Positions 28,957 through 39,441 of a stretch of DNA of 64,000 bases are shown one piece after another. The translations under genes were made by a program, and so were the position numbers. Positions within the stretch are counted from its first letter, which is position 1. Every line of letters starts with the position of its first letter. This DNA is from Candidatus Eiseniibacteriota bacterium (lineage in GTDB: Bacteria; Eisenbacteria; RBG-16-71-46; CAZAMP01). Location of the stretch: positions 1,184,001 to 1,248,000 of the forward strand of contig OZ245046.1 in the NCBI GenBank assembly GCA_965224245.1. The letters are read 5' to 3'. Below the pieces are notes generated by a model. That model did no database searches. It saw nothing but the letters and a program-made list of their open reading frames with translations, and was not told the DNA's origin.

Positions 28957-31900
28957 ATGGGATCCCAGCGCAGTCGCTTGCGTCGCCCCGTGTGGAGCGG
29001 CGTGCTCGGAGTGTCCATCGCCGCCGCACTCCTTCCCGCATCGGCCGGGGACGAACCCCCGGCCGAGCGTGCCGACTGGGTCGCCGACGGCGAGCAGGAC
29101 GGCTCGCTCTTCGGGTGGGACGTCTCGATCGGCGGTGACGTGAACGGTGACGGCTACGCCGACGCGGCCGTGGGGGCTCCGCTCTTCGACAGCCAGGAGG
29201 TCGACGGCGTACCGGACGTCGGGGCCGTCTACGTGTACCACGGATCGTCCGCCGGCCTCGGCCTGAACCCCGCACGCCGCCTCGACGGCTACGCCTTCGA
29301 CCCGGAGGCGCTCGGCCGCGCCGTCGCCCTCGGCGACGTGAACGGCGACGGCTACGCGGACCTCGTCGCGGGCCGGCCGTACGCGTCGGTCAAGGGGTTC
29401 GAGGAGGGTGCGGTCTCGATCTATCGCGGGTCTCCCGAGGGGGTCGACGGCTTCCCGAGCACCGATCTGTACAGCTTCTCGACCGGGGCCTGGTTCGGAG
29501 AGTCGGTGGCCACGCTCGACGCCAACGGGGATCGAATCGCCGACGTGCTCGTCGGGTCGCCGCTCCATACGAGTCGCATCGAGGGCGCCGGCGCAGCCTA
29601 CCTGTACCTCGGGTCCACCGATGGCGTCTCCGCCAACGAGTTCTGGTCGTACTTCGGGGCCGAGACCGGCGCCCAGCTCGGGTTCGACGTGAACGGTGCG
29701 GGCGACGTCAACGGCGACGGCGTTGACGACATCCTCGTGGGTGCGTACCTCGCCGGCGTCGACGATCGCGGACTGGCGATGCTGTTCCTGGGGAGCCGGA
29801 GCGGGATCGCGACCGAGCCCGACTGGGTCTTCGCCGGGGGACAGCCCGGGGAGGAGCTCGGCGTGTCGGTCTCGTCGGCCGGTGACGTCGACGCCGACGG
29901 CTACGACGACGTCGTCATCGGTGCCTGGAACTTCGACGGACGCGTGGGGCAGGACTGCGGCCGTGTGCTGTGGTTTCGCGGAGGGCCCGACGGCCTGGAG
30001 CCGGCGGGGACCACGCTGGCCGAAGGGGAGACCGTCGGCGCGGCCTTCGGACGATGCGTGGCCGCGGTCGGTGACGTGAACGGAGACGGCTACGACGACG
30101 TCGCCGTCGGGGCGCCGACGCACACCGGGCCGCTCGGCGCCGCCGCCGGCCGCGTCTACGTGTTCCCCGGCGGTCCCGCGGGCCTGGCGGGCGCGCCGCT
30201 CTGGGTCCTGGACGCGACGGCGCCGACGTCGGTCCTTGGCGCCTCGGTGGCGGGACGTGGCGATGTGAACGGAGACGGCTACCCGGACGTGATCTCCGGC
30301 GCGATCCTGGCCAGCTCCCTGGGCGCACAGACCGGTCGGGCCGAGCTGGTTCACGGGGGGCTTCCCCTCGTCTCCGGCTTCGGCGTGGCTCTCGACATGG
30401 TGACCGAGAGCGCCGACGCGCCGCCGTTCTTCGTCACGATCACGTACACGCTGGCCAACCTCGGCAACGGTCCGCTGACGGCCCTCGATCTCGCGAACGA
30501 CCTGAGCGAGGTCTTCGGCGCCGGACGGTACGAGGTTCTCGGCCCGCCCCGGCTCCTGACCGACTCGCCGATCCTCGTGAACGGCGGCTTCGACGGCGGC
30601 GCGTCGACCTCGATCACGTCGCCGCCGGCGTCGGCGCTGTTCGCGGGCGAGCTGGCCCGGATCGCGGTCGACGTCGAGGTATTCGAGTCCGGACGGTTCA
30701 CCAACCAGGTCGTCGCGACGTGTCAGGACGGGGATGGCGTGCTCCTGAGCGACGCCTCCACTCGCGGCATTCTCCCCGACCCGGACGGGGACGGTGACGC
30801 CGACGAGGCGGAGCCCACGACGATCTCGCTGGGTGCCTCGACCACGTCGCGAACCGTGCCCGACATGCCGCTGGCCAGCTGGCACCTGTGGTCGGTGCCG
30901 CTCGAGGTCGCCGCCAGCGACCCGATGGACCCGCCACGCCTCGAGCCCACGCTCCGCCGCGTGTTCGATCGTCCGTCGGACATCCGCACGTGGCTCGCGT
31001 ACGCCCAGATGGACTCCCTGATCGAGGATCCGATCCTGGCCGCCGGACAGGCCTACTGGGTGAACTCGCGATACCCGGTGACGCCGAGCCGCGTCAGCGG
31101 CATCGAGCGCCCCGCCGCCGAGCTGGAGCTCGTCCCCGGCTGGAACGCGGTGGGATGCCCGTCGGGGGAGGCCGCGGCATTCTCGACGATGCGGCTCCGG
31201 CGCGTGCGCGTGCCGAGCGAGGCCCTGACGCTGGGCCAGGCCCGCGATCTCGGTCTCATCGACGGCTTCTTCCGCCACTACGAGGACGACTCGCCCGATC
31301 TCCTGAACAACGGGGTCTGGCGGTCCGAGTCGGTGAGCTCGGTCACCCCGGGTGCGGCGATCGAGCCCTGGGGCGGGCGTCTCCTCCGTGTCTTCGGTGA
31401 TCCCCTCGTACTGTCGTTCGGCCGGAGCGCCTCCGATACGCTCGATGCACGGCCCGCGGCGCCCGCGTGGTCCCTGACGATCACGGCGCGGTCCGGGGGG
31501 CACCGCTCGTCGGTCGTGCTCTCGGGGGTCGACGGCGCGAGTGCGCGCTGGGACGTCTTCGACGTGGCGGCGCCTCCGAGCTGGTCGGACGCGCTAGGGC
31601 TGAGCGTGGCTCCCACCGACTGGGGCGTTCATGCAGGCCCGTTCGAGCGGTCGGCGGTGGATCCGAGCCTGACCACGCCGGCCAAGTTCCCGCTCGCGCT
31701 GGAGTCGGCGGCCAGAGCGACGCTCTCGCTGGCCGTGGACGGAGTCGACGGCATCGATGCCGTCGATGCCGGGCTCCAGGTTCACCTCCTGCTCGAGAGC
31801 GGCGTCGGCATCGACCTCGGAAGACGACCGGTCGCGTTCGAGGCCGGCACGCACCGCGTCACGATCCGGGTTGCCCGCACGGCCTGGCCGGGGCCGACGG

Positions 31901-32187
31901 CGACGAGCATCCGCGGCGGCGTGACCGCGGTCGCGCCGACGGTGTCGTGGGGGCCGTTCCACGTGCGATACGAGCTGACGTGGCCCACAGACGCCGCGCA
32001 GATGATCGTGTACGACGTCAGGGGACGGAAGGTGCACGACACGAGCCTCCCCTCCGCGATCGGCACGCACGAGTGGACATGGGACTCCCGGGACGCGTCG
32101 GGCCGAAAGGTCGGACCGGGCCGCTACATCCTGGAGTTCAGGGCGGGCGGCGTGCGCGAGCGCCGTTCGGTCACCGTCCTCGGATAG
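28957..32187 (+). CDS. Integrin-alpha/FG-GAP repeat surface protein with FlgD/T9SS-like CTD
   Basis: About seven GDVNGDG(Y)xD..VGA blades; LELVPGWNAVG; CTD VYDVRGRKV..WDSRDASGRKVGPGRYIL. Confidence 0.88.
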   Translation: MGSQRSRLRRPVWSGVLGVSIAAALLPASAGDEPPAERADWVADGEQDGSLFGWDVSIGGDVNGDGYADAAVGAPLFDSQEVDGVPDVGAVYVYHGSSAGLGLNPARRLDGYAFDPEALGRAVALGDVNGDGYADLVAGRPYASVKGFEEGAVSIYRGSPEGVDGFPSTDLYSFSTGAWFGESVATLDANGDRIADVLVGSPLHTSRIEGAGAAYLYLGSTDGVSANEFWSYFGAETGAQLGFDVNGAGDVNGDGVDDILVGAYLAGVDDRGLAMLFLGSRSGIATEPDWVFAGGQPGEELGVSVSSAGDVDADGYDDVVIGAWNFDGRVGQDCGRVLWFRGGPDGLEPAGTTLAEGETVGAAFGRCVAAVGDVNGDGYDDVAVGAPTHTGPLGAAAGRVYVFPGGPAGLAGAPLWVLDATAPTSVLGASVAGRGDVNGDGYPDVISGAILASSLGAQTGRAELVHGGLPLVSGFGVALDMVTESADAPPFFVTITYTLANLGNGPLTALDLANDLSEVFGAGRYEVLGPPRLLTDSPILVNGGFDGGASTSITSPPASALFAGELARIAVDVEVFESGRFTNQVVATCQDGDGVLLSDASTRGILPDPDGDGDADEAEPTTISLGASTTSRTVPDMPLASWHLWSVPLEVAASDPMDPPRLEPTLRRVFDRPSDIRTWLAYAQMDSLIEDPILAAGQAYWVNSRYPVTPSRVSGIERPAAELELVPGWNAVGCPSGEAAAFSTMRLRRVRVPSEALTLGQARDLGLIDGFFRHYEDDSPDLLNNGVWRSESVSSVTPGAAIEPWGGRLLRVFGDPLVLSFGRSASDTLDARPAAPAWSLTITARSGGHRSSVVLSGVDGASARWDVFDVAAPPSWSDALGLSVAPTDWGVHAGPFERSAVDPSLTTPAKFPLALESAARATLSLAVDGVDGIDAVDAGLQVHLLLESGVGIDLGRRPVAFEAGTHRVTIRVARTAWPGPTATSIRGGVTAVAPTVSWGPFHVRYELTWPTDAAQMIVYDVRGRKVHDTSLPSAIGTHEWTWDSRDASGRKVGPGRYILEFRAGGVRERRSVTVLG

Positions 32188-32239
32188 GCCGACGCCGACT
32201 GTCCGCCGGGCACCCCGGGGCGGACAGTTCCAACACGAC

Positions 32240-32278
32240 ACGACCCCCTTCCGGACATCCGGAGAGGGGGTCGTTTCT
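32240..32278 (+). terminator. Intrinsic terminator hairpin
   Basis: acgaccccct-tccgg-acat-ccgga-g-agggggtcgt followed by ttct. Confidence 0.65.
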
Positions 32279-32291
32279 GAAGTCGCTCCGC

Positions 32292-32332
32292 GTCGGCGAC
32301 ATGCCGTGTCGGTGACATGCCGTGTCGGTGAC
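32292..32332. repeat. Short tandem repeat, 16-bp unit gtcgg(c/t)gacatgccgt x ~2.5
   Basis: Read directly in the gap between convergent genes. Confidence 0.7.
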
Positions 32333-32360
32333 CCGCGCGCCGGTCGTGCCGATCCGCGCG

Positions 32361-33746
32361 TCAACGCAAGAGGATCATCGACCGGGACAGCGTCACGCCG
32401 CGCGACTCGAGCCGGTACAGATACACACCCGACGACATCTCGGCCCCGCGATCGTCACGACCGTCCCAGGTGATCACGTGATCGCCGGAGGCGAGATAGT
32501 CGCCCTCGAGCAGGGTGCGCACGAGGCGCCCCGACTCGTCGTAGATGCGGATGCTCGTACGGTCGCCCACGTCCAGGTTGAACTGGATGTGCGTGGTCGG
32601 ATTGAACGGGTTCGGGCTGTTCCAGAGGTTCAGACGCTGATGGATCGGCGCCTGCGTGTCCTCGACGGCCACCGTCAGGTCGCAGACGTCCTCGTCGCCG
32701 AACGACGGGACGCCCTGCTTGAACTGCGGTGCGTTGTGATAGACCTTCGCGAACGTGCTGCGGGCATTGAGACCCTCGACGTACGAGCAGCGGATCGCGT
32801 TGAAGCCGATCCCCTCGCCGATCGACACGGGGGTCGTGATCGGGTTGACGGTGTAGAGGCCGTTCGAGTCGATCGCGCCCAGTGACGACGTGTAGGGGTA
32901 CGTCGCGTTGGTCAGTCCCCACGCACCCTCGAGCGTCCAGCCGTCGGTCCCCGACTCGAAGTCGTCCGAGAAGACCGGGACGCCGTCCAGCACCAGGTGC
33001 ACGTCGTCGATGAACCAGCCGTCGTCGTTCGCCGACGAGCTCGTCGAGAATCGGAACCGGAAGCGGACGTCGGACTGGCCGAGGAGGCCGGCCAGGTCCA
33101 CCTCGCCGCGCTTGAACTGATGGTGGTCACCGAGATACGTCTGGTAGTGGGCGCCGGTCGGGGTGTCCTCCGGATCGAGCGCGAACCAGCCGCTGCCCGT
33201 GTTCGCCTCGACGTAGCCCTTGTCCTGCGTCGAGCTCCAGCGCAGATGGTGATGGTGGAAGAAGATCAGCTTCGCGATGGACGCACTGGAGAGGTCGAAG
33301 GCCTGGTCGATCGTCGCGCTGATGTTCTGGCTGCCCGAGTACGTCCCGTTCGGGCTGTCGGCCAGCGCGCGACCGCCCGACGCCGCGTCCGGCGCGCCGG
33401 AAACGACCGTCCACGTCGTGTTCCCGTCGAGCGTCGTCGTCTCGCCGAGGCAAACGTCGTCGCCGGTGCCGTACTCCGCGATGCCGTTCGCCCCGACCGT
33501 GTAGCCGTAAGCCACGAACTGGTAGGAGTGCCGCTCGATCCAGCCACCGCCGGACGCGTCCCGGATGTGGACCAGTGCCTGCGAAAACTGCCACGTGCCA
33601 TTGCCGCTCGGACCCCGCTCGTCGCGGGTCGACTGGCAGCGCTCGAGCATGATGTAGTCCGGAAGCTCGGCCGCCGCGATGGATGCGACCGTCGTCAGTG
33701 CGGCGGCCAGCGTGGCCGAGCGGATGACCTCGTGCGTGCTTCGCAT
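32361..33746 (-). CDS. Secreted protein with InhA/MAM-like beta-sandwich and canonical FlgD-Ig CTD
   Basis: Signal peptide; ADSPNGTY, FDLS, VRFRFRF..DDGWFIDDV, FSDDFE; SPNPFNPTT..WDGRDDRG..SSGVYLYRL. Confidence 0.8.
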   Translation of the reverse strand: MRSTHEVIRSATLAAALTTVASIAAAELPDYIMLERCQSTRDERGPSGNGTWQFSQALVHIRDASGGGWIERHSYQFVAYGYTVGANGIAEYGTGDDVCLGETTTLDGNTTWTVVSGAPDAASGGRALADSPNGTYSGSQNISATIDQAFDLSSASIAKLIFFHHHHLRWSSTQDKGYVEANTGSGWFALDPEDTPTGAHYQTYLGDHHQFKRGEVDLAGLLGQSDVRFRFRFSTSSSANDDGWFIDDVHLVLDGVPVFSDDFESGTDGWTLEGAWGLTNATYPYTSSLGAIDSNGLYTVNPITTPVSIGEGIGFNAIRCSYVEGLNARSTFAKVYHNAPQFKQGVPSFGDEDVCDLTVAVEDTQAPIHQRLNLWNSPNPFNPTTHIQFNLDVGDRTSIRIYDESGRLVRTLLEGDYLASGDHVITWDGRDDRGAEMSSGVYLYRLESRGVTLSRSMILLR

Positions 33747-34098
33747 AAGCCCTCACCCTGGATGCGCGAAAGTGCGCGCTCGAGCGCGCGAGTGGTCGGC
33801 CGAGACCGGCAGGCGAGGGCACGCCATGACGCGCGAGCACACCCCCATGGAGCTCCGACTCGGAACGAATGAACGAAGGCGAAGTATACCAGCGTCTTAG
33901 GCCATTCGCCCACCCATTATCGATCCGAGGTCGGCCCGAGGCATCAAACAGAGTCATCAAGGAGTAGGGGCTGTGTTATTGGCGCCTCGATGTCCGGCCG
34001 ACTCGTCGGACGGCTTTGCGCGGTGGCGTGCGCTTGACCCCGGGCGCTCATTGCGAACACTATCCCGTCGACACCTCGCAGCATCACGGGAGAGCGAC

Positions 34099-35712
34099 AT
34101 GAGAGCGCGGCGCGCTCGGCAGCTGATCGCCCTGACGATCGCCGCCATCGGCATCCTCGGAGCGTGTGACGGATCGCGTATGTCCGATCCGGTCGCCGGC
34201 CTGTCCGACGACCCCCGGGACGACGGGGATGGAAGCCTGCTGGACGGCGGGGCGTCCGATTCCACGGGCTCGCCGTCGGACTCCACCGAGTCGCCCTCGG
34301 ACTCGACGTACGTGCCCGGCGACGATGACCCGGGAGACGACGACGGAACCGGAGACGGAGACGACGGCGGAGTCGGCGACGACCCTGGAGACGGCGATGG
34401 CGGCGGTGAGGGAGACGGCGACGACGATGCACCACCCGCCTGGGGATTACCTGGAGACGGACCCTCGAGCGTCGAGACGTTTCCGAAGCTCGCGACCCTC
34501 ATCGGGAGCTGGGATGCCTACTCGCCGGTCGATCAGGATCGGATCGCCCGGTTCGACCTGATCTCGCTCGCGGCATCCCCGCCGACGGTCGCCGACATCC
34601 GCGGACGCAATCCGTCCGTCACGCTGTACTACCGCGTGATGCCCCAGGCGGTCGCGGCTCGCGCCTGGGGGCGCTCGTGGTCGTGGATGGACGTCGTACG
34701 CGACTACTGCGAGAAGAACGACTGGATCCTCCGCCACGACACCGGAGGTGAGGCGATCGCGAAGGGGTGGGGTGGCTACTGGCGGTGGGGTGACTTCACG
34801 TCACGGTGTCCCGAGGGCACGTACTTCGATCCGGAGCTGCCCGAGCTGGACAGCCGCGGCCTGAGGCTGGCCGACTGGATGGCACGGCGCTTCGTTCCGT
34901 GGTTCGTCTCGCACCGGATGGTCGGGTACGACGGGCTCTGGTGGGAGGTCGTCGTGCAGCGCGCCAACAGCTACTGGTGGCACGACGACACGCCCGGTCC
35001 CGACGGCGGCTATCTCGACTGGGATCGCAACGGCGTGGCCGACGTCGTCGAGGGCGGTGCGGCAGCGATCGAGGCGTTCCGTGACGACTGGCGCGCCACC
35101 ACGAATCGCTGGATGCTCGAGGTGCGAGCGCGGCTGGGTGCACGCGTTCCGATCATCGGCGGCGGGGACGCGTTCGCGCCGCCGCTGGCGAACTTCGAGG
35201 GCTTCAAGAACGAGGACTTTCTGCATCGTAATCGGAGCCATGGTCCCCGCTGGGACTGGTGGGACGAGTTCTACTCGTCCTCGCCGAGCCACCCGAGACG
35301 CGGATACGTGTATCAGCGGGATCGTGCCCGCGCCGGATGGTCGCTGTCGATCAACCAGGTCCAGTGGTCCGACGACGCGTCCTGGAGCTTCTCCGATCCG
35401 GTCGAACGGGATCGGGTGCTGCGGCTGGCGTTCGGGACCACGCTTTTGGGGGACGGCTACTTCTGCTACCTCGACTACGAGCATCCGATCGGAAGTCATC
35501 CGCGCGTGCCGTGGGTTCCGGAGCTGTACGAGCGGCGTCTGGGCACGCACGCCTATCCGTTCGAGCGGTACGTGTCCGGGCGGGATACCCTGTACACCCG
35601 CTACTTTCACGACGGGACGGGCCGCGTGACCGGCTTCGTCGCGGTCAATCCGAATGACCGGTCCATCGAGGGGATCCCACCCGAGGACGCCCTCATCGAG
35701 GTGTACGAATGA
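34099..35712 (+). CDS. Lipoprotein with Asp/Gly-rich linker and putative glycoside-hydrolase-like TIM barrel
   Basis: Lipobox ILGA|C; acidic linker; ARFDLI, RGRNPSV, YDGLWWE, RLAFGTTLLGDGYF, W.PE....LG. Confidence 0.65.
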   Translation: MRARRARQLIALTIAAIGILGACDGSRMSDPVAGLSDDPRDDGDGSLLDGGASDSTGSPSDSTESPSDSTYVPGDDDPGDDDGTGDGDDGGVGDDPGDGDGGGEGDGDDDAPPAWGLPGDGPSSVETFPKLATLIGSWDAYSPVDQDRIARFDLISLAASPPTVADIRGRNPSVTLYYRVMPQAVAARAWGRSWSWMDVVRDYCEKNDWILRHDTGGEAIAKGWGGYWRWGDFTSRCPEGTYFDPELPELDSRGLRLADWMARRFVPWFVSHRMVGYDGLWWEVVVQRANSYWWHDDTPGPDGGYLDWDRNGVADVVEGGAAAIEAFRDDWRATTNRWMLEVRARLGARVPIIGGGDAFAPPLANFEGFKNEDFLHRNRSHGPRWDWWDEFYSSSPSHPRRGYVYQRDRARAGWSLSINQVQWSDDASWSFSDPVERDRVLRLAFGTTLLGDGYFCYLDYEHPIGSHPRVPWVPELYERRLGTHAYPFERYVSGRDTLYTRYFHDGTGRVTGFVAVNPNDRSIEGIPPEDALIEVYE

Positions 35713-35728
35713 CGATGCGAGGAGCCCG

Positions 35729-36364
35729 GTGACGCCGTCGGAGGTCCGCGCCGCCGTGGCCGGGACGATCCGGTCGCGGCGGACGCGAAAGATCCTCGAC
35801 GGTCCCCGACGATCCGATCCCCCACAGACGCGCGAGGCGTTCCGGGCGACCCTGTCCGAGGTGATCGCGCTGGCCGGATGGGCACCGTTCCACTACCCGG
35901 TCCACCCCGAGGTGCCCGAGCCGTGGCGTTTCTACGTGCTCGACAACGCCGAGCTGGCGGCGCTGGCCGCCCGCTGTCCCGAGGCGATCGTCGGGAAGCT
36001 CCCGGACATCTTCGCCGGCGCCGGCGCGATGGTTCAGGTCACGCACGTGTGCGAGACCGACGAGAAGACCGCTGCGCGTGACGCCGAGCATGCAGCAGCG
36101 ACTGCCGCCGCGGTTCAGACCCTGCTCCTCGCGGCCGAGGTCTACGGGCTCGGGAGCTACTGGTGTACGGCGAAGACCCTGACCGCGCCCGACGTGGCGG
36201 AGGCCATCGGCGTCTCGCCGGCCGAGGTGGTCGTGGGCTCGATCTTCCTCGGTCGACCGCTGGACGCCGCCGACGAGGCGACACGGGGCATCGGCGGCAA
36301 GCTCCGGGACCGGCGCACCGCTCCGGACGCCGGCTGGTGTCGATGGGTTCGTGTGGGTCGATGA
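35729..36364 (+). CDS. Nitroreductase family protein
   Basis: GAGGAG RBS before GTG; IRSRRTRK, WAPFH, EPWRF, AAVQTLLLAA...GLGSYWCT. Confidence 0.85.
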   Translation: MTPSEVRAAVAGTIRSRRTRKILDGPRRSDPPQTREAFRATLSEVIALAGWAPFHYPVHPEVPEPWRFYVLDNAELAALAARCPEAIVGKLPDIFAGAGAMVQVTHVCETDEKTAARDAEHAAATAAAVQTLLLAAEVYGLGSYWCTAKTLTAPDVAEAIGVSPAEVVVGSIFLGRPLDAADEATRGIGGKLRDRRTAPDAGWCRWVRVGR

Positions 36365-36383
36365 TCGGGGTCGGCCGCGATTC

Positions 36384-37280
36384 TCACGCGCGTCGCCGCC
36401 CGAGGCGGGCCCCGATCCAGGCATGCACGGCCTCGGGATCCGCGAAGAGTACGTAGCTCGCCATCATCACCAGCGAGAACGTGAGGATGTGCATCGTGAC
36501 ACTGATCCCCAGGTGGAATCCGACGCCCAGCACGACCGCCACCCGGCGCGTTCTCGGGATCCACAGACCGAGCGGCAACAGGAGCTCCAGCGCGACCGTG
36601 CCGATCGCCACCGGTGCGAGGTTTCTCGGCTCTCCGATCGCGGTCTGAAGCGACGCCATCGTCTCGGTCGACAGGAACGACGAGAGCCACCGCCAGAACG
36701 GCGTCGTGGGAAAGGACAGTCCGAAGAAGTACGAGAGTGTCTCGCCGCGGAAGTACGCCGGATGGATCTTGTGAAGCGCCGCGTACACGTAGATCACGGT
36801 GACCTGAAACGGAATGAGTCGGGCCACGATGCGAGGGGCGTCGCGGCCGAGGAGCGCGGTGAGTCGCCGCTCGCGCAGGACCCGCACGAGCGAGAATGCA
36901 TCGGATGCCGGGGTGCACGCGAACAACGCCAGCAGCACCAGGAACACGTACGGGTGGTTTCGGAAGTTCAGCTGATCGGCGAAGAAGAGGTAGCCCTGCA
37001 GGCCCACGAGCACCACGGCCGAGACGCGGACGGCGACCCCCAGCGTGAAGGTGGCGATGAACGGGATCTGGAGCCAGTGGAGAAGACGGTACACGGGCTC
37101 GCTCACCAGTGGGAGCGCAACCGTGTACGGCAGGTGGAACCCGCCGGCGATCGCGAACCTCTGCTTCTCCAGCGACGTGGTCAGCTCGATGGCCAGCGCC
37201 ACCCCGAAGAGCACGCGGAACACGCCGAGAGCCGTCGTCGGGGCGGGGGCGTACCAGAAGCGCTCCCAGGCGCTCCTCAT
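36384..37280 (-). CDS. HTTM-domain membrane protein (N-terminal half of vitamin-K-dependent gamma-carboxylase-like protein)
   Basis: LGVFRVLFG, FRNHPY, FSL, IYVYAALHK, FHL....I.TFS..M. Confidence 0.8.
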   Translation of the reverse strand: MRSAWERFWYAPAPTTALGVFRVLFGVALAIELTTSLEKQRFAIAGGFHLPYTVALPLVSEPVYRLLHWLQIPFIATFTLGVAVRVSAVVLVGLQGYLFFADQLNFRNHPYVFLVLLALFACTPASDAFSLVRVLRERRLTALLGRDAPRIVARLIPFQVTVIYVYAALHKIHPAYFRGETLSYFFGLSFPTTPFWRWLSSFLSTETMASLQTAIGEPRNLAPVAIGTVALELLLPLGLWIPRTRRVAVVLGVGFHLGISVTMHILTFSLVMMASYVLFADPEAVHAWIGARLGRRRA

Positions 37281-37687
37281 TCGTCCCTCACGCCGTGGTT
37301 CGGTGCGGTGCACACGTCCGGCTCGTCCACCAGCACGGTGAGCTCGCCGCCGTCCTGGCGACACGCGACGCGGACGCTCACCGGCCCGAAGCGCCCATCC
37401 CGCCGGAGCTCGCGGCACAGCCAGGCGTGGAACACGGGAAGCACGTCGCGGTGGAGAACACGGTGTACCTGTCCGGTGCGGTGGAGGTAGGCGTCGAGGT
37501 CGATGCGCTCGGGCTCGTGTCCGGGCTCGGTGATGGCATACGTGATCTCACAGCCGTATTCGTGCGCGTACATGTTCCACGTGAAGTTGTCCCGCGAGTC
37601 GACCTTGCTCCCGAGCAGCGCGGGAATGGGGATGACGATCTGCAGGGCCACGTACGTCGCGACCAGGATCGATTTCCAAATCGGCAT
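37277..37687 (-). CDS. Small protein resembling the C-terminal TM and lumenal half of gamma-carboxylase-like proteins
   Basis: QIVIP..., NFTWNM, RIDLDAYL, DVLPVFHAWLCREL, VSVRVAC..DG...LVD; ATGA-coupled to the HTTM gene. Confidence 0.65.
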   Translation of the reverse strand: MPIWKSILVATYVALQIVIPIPALLGSKVDSRDNFTWNMYAHEYGCEITYAITEPGHEPERIDLDAYLHRTGQVHRVLHRDVLPVFHAWLCRELRRDGRFGPVSVRVACRQDGGELTVLVDEPDVCTAPNHGVRDE

Positions 37688-37848
37688 GGCGGGCGTCCTC
37701 GCTGGGTGGACACTAGCACTTTCTCCTGGAACAGCTTACACGGTTTTGTGCGGCGCGATCACTTGCACGTGCCGCACCCTCCGCCGTATCCTCGGACGCT
37801 CGAAATCCGATCACACTCGGCCGTCGTCCAACGTGAGTGGAGCGATCG

Positions 37849-39441
37849 ATGAAGGTCCGAACCCGTTTCGCGCCCAGTCCCACCGGATATCTCCACATCG
37901 GGGGCGTCCGCACGGCACTGTTCAACTGGCTCTACGCGCGCCGCCACGGCGGCACGTTCGTGCTCCGGATCGACGACACCGACCAGGTGCGCAACGTGCA
38001 GGCCGCGCTTCAGCCAATCCTCGACGGCTTCCGCTGGCTCGGGATCGACTGGGACGAGGGCCCCGAGGTCGGGGGTGACCTCGGTCCGTACTTCCAGTCT
38101 CAGCGTTCGGATCGGTATCGGCGAGCGGTGGCGACGCTGCTGGAGCGCGGCGTCGCCTACCGCGACTACGCGACCACGGACGAGCTGGCCGCCGAACGCG
38201 ATGCCGCGCAGCGCGCGAAGCGGAACTTCATCTACAGCCGGCGCTACATGGCCGAGACGGACGCCCAGTGCCGGTCCTTCGAGGCCGAGGGACGACACGG
38301 TGTCGTCCGGCTGAAGATGCCGCGCGAGGGTGCGTGCGTGGTCTCCGATCTCGTCCGCGGCGTCGTGGAGTTCGAGTGGGCGCGCGAGCAGGACCACGTG
38401 ATCCAGCGGGCCGACGGGTCGTGCCTGTACCATCTGGCGAGTGTCGTGGACGACCACGAGATGGAGATCAGCCACGTGATCCGGGCCGAGGAGCACCTCT
38501 CGAACACGCCGCGCCAGATGTTCATCGCCGAGGGGCTGGGGATCGAGCCGCCCACGTTCGCGCATCTGCCGGTCGTGGCCGAGCCCGGATCGAAGAACAA
38601 GCTCAGCAAGCGCAAGATCGAGAAGTACCTCAAGCACGCCGACTTCGCGAAGCTCAACGCGCGCGGGGTCGCGATCGCGGAGGCGATCGGTCGCGACGTC
38701 ACGTCCGAGTCGTTCAACCCGGTGCTGGTCGGCTTCTACGCGAGCACGGGGTTCCTGCCGGACGCCGTGGTCAACTACCTCCTTCTGCTGGGGTGGTCGC
38801 TCGACGACCGCACCGAGATCATGTCCCGCCGCGAGATGATCGAGAGCTTCTCGCTCGACCGGGTGAACAAGGCGGCGGCCAGCTTCGATCCGGCCAAGCT
38901 GCTCGCGTTCCAAGAGCGGTACATGGGGGCTCTCGACGTCGACATGCGGACCGAGCACGTCCTGCCGTTCCTGGTTCGCGGCGGGCTCCTGCCCGAGCCG
39001 GTGACCGACGAGGCGAGGGACAGGGTTCGCCGGGTGGTCGCGGCCGCCGACGATCGGATCAAGATCGCCGGTGACGTGCTCGAGTACGCGACGTTCTTCC
39101 AGCCCCCCGATGCCGTCGAGTACGACGAGGCCGCGCTCACCAAGCGGCTGCGGAAGCCGGAGGATGCGCCGAGGCTGCTCCGGGCGTTCCGGGATCGACT
39201 CGGCGGACTCGACGCGTTCGACCCCGACACGCTGGAACACGCGCTCACGGACTTCGTCGAGAGCGAGGGCATCGGGATCGGACGGATCATCCATGCGCTA
39301 CGGGTGGCCACGACGGGCTCGGCCGTGGGGTTCGGCATGTACGAGGCGCTGGCCATCCTCGGCAAGGACCAGGTGCTGGCCCGAGTGGATCGCGCGCTCC
39401 GGCTCGCGAAGGGTCCCCGAAGAGGCGAGGCGGTGTCATGA
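37849..39441 (+). CDS. gltX: Glutamate--tRNA ligase
   Basis: [47 protein letters not shown]. Confidence 0.95.
   Translation: MKVRTRFAPSPTGYLHIGGVRTALFNWLYARRHGGTFVLRIDDTDQVRNVQAALQPILDGFRWLGIDWDEGPEVGGDLGPYFQSQRSDRYRRAVATLLERGVAYRDYATTDELAAERDAAQRAKRNFIYSRRYMAETDAQCRSFEAEGRHGVVRLKMPREGACVVSDLVRGVVEFEWAREQDHVIQRADGSCLYHLASVVDDHEMEISHVIRAEEHLSNTPRQMFIAEGLGIEPPTFAHLPVVAEPGSKNKLSKRKIEKYLKHADFAKLNARGVAIAEAIGRDVTSESFNPVLVGFYASTGFLPDAVVNYLLLLGWSLDDRTEIMSRREMIESFSLDRVNKAAASFDPAKLLAFQERYMGALDVDMRTEHVLPFLVRGGLLPEPVTDEARDRVRRVVAAADDRIKIAGDVLEYATFFQPPDAVEYDEAALTKRLRKPEDAPRLLRAFRDRLGGLDAFDPDTLEHALTDFVESEGIGIGRIIHALRVATTGSAVGFGMYEALAILGKDQVLARVDRALRLAKGPRRGEAVS

Noticed and set aside
32292-32332. Short intergenic tandem repeats here and at 2928-2967 as mini-CRISPR or mobile-element ends
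   Set aside because: Fewer than three head-to-tail copies, no spacers and no transposase; more likely slippage products.
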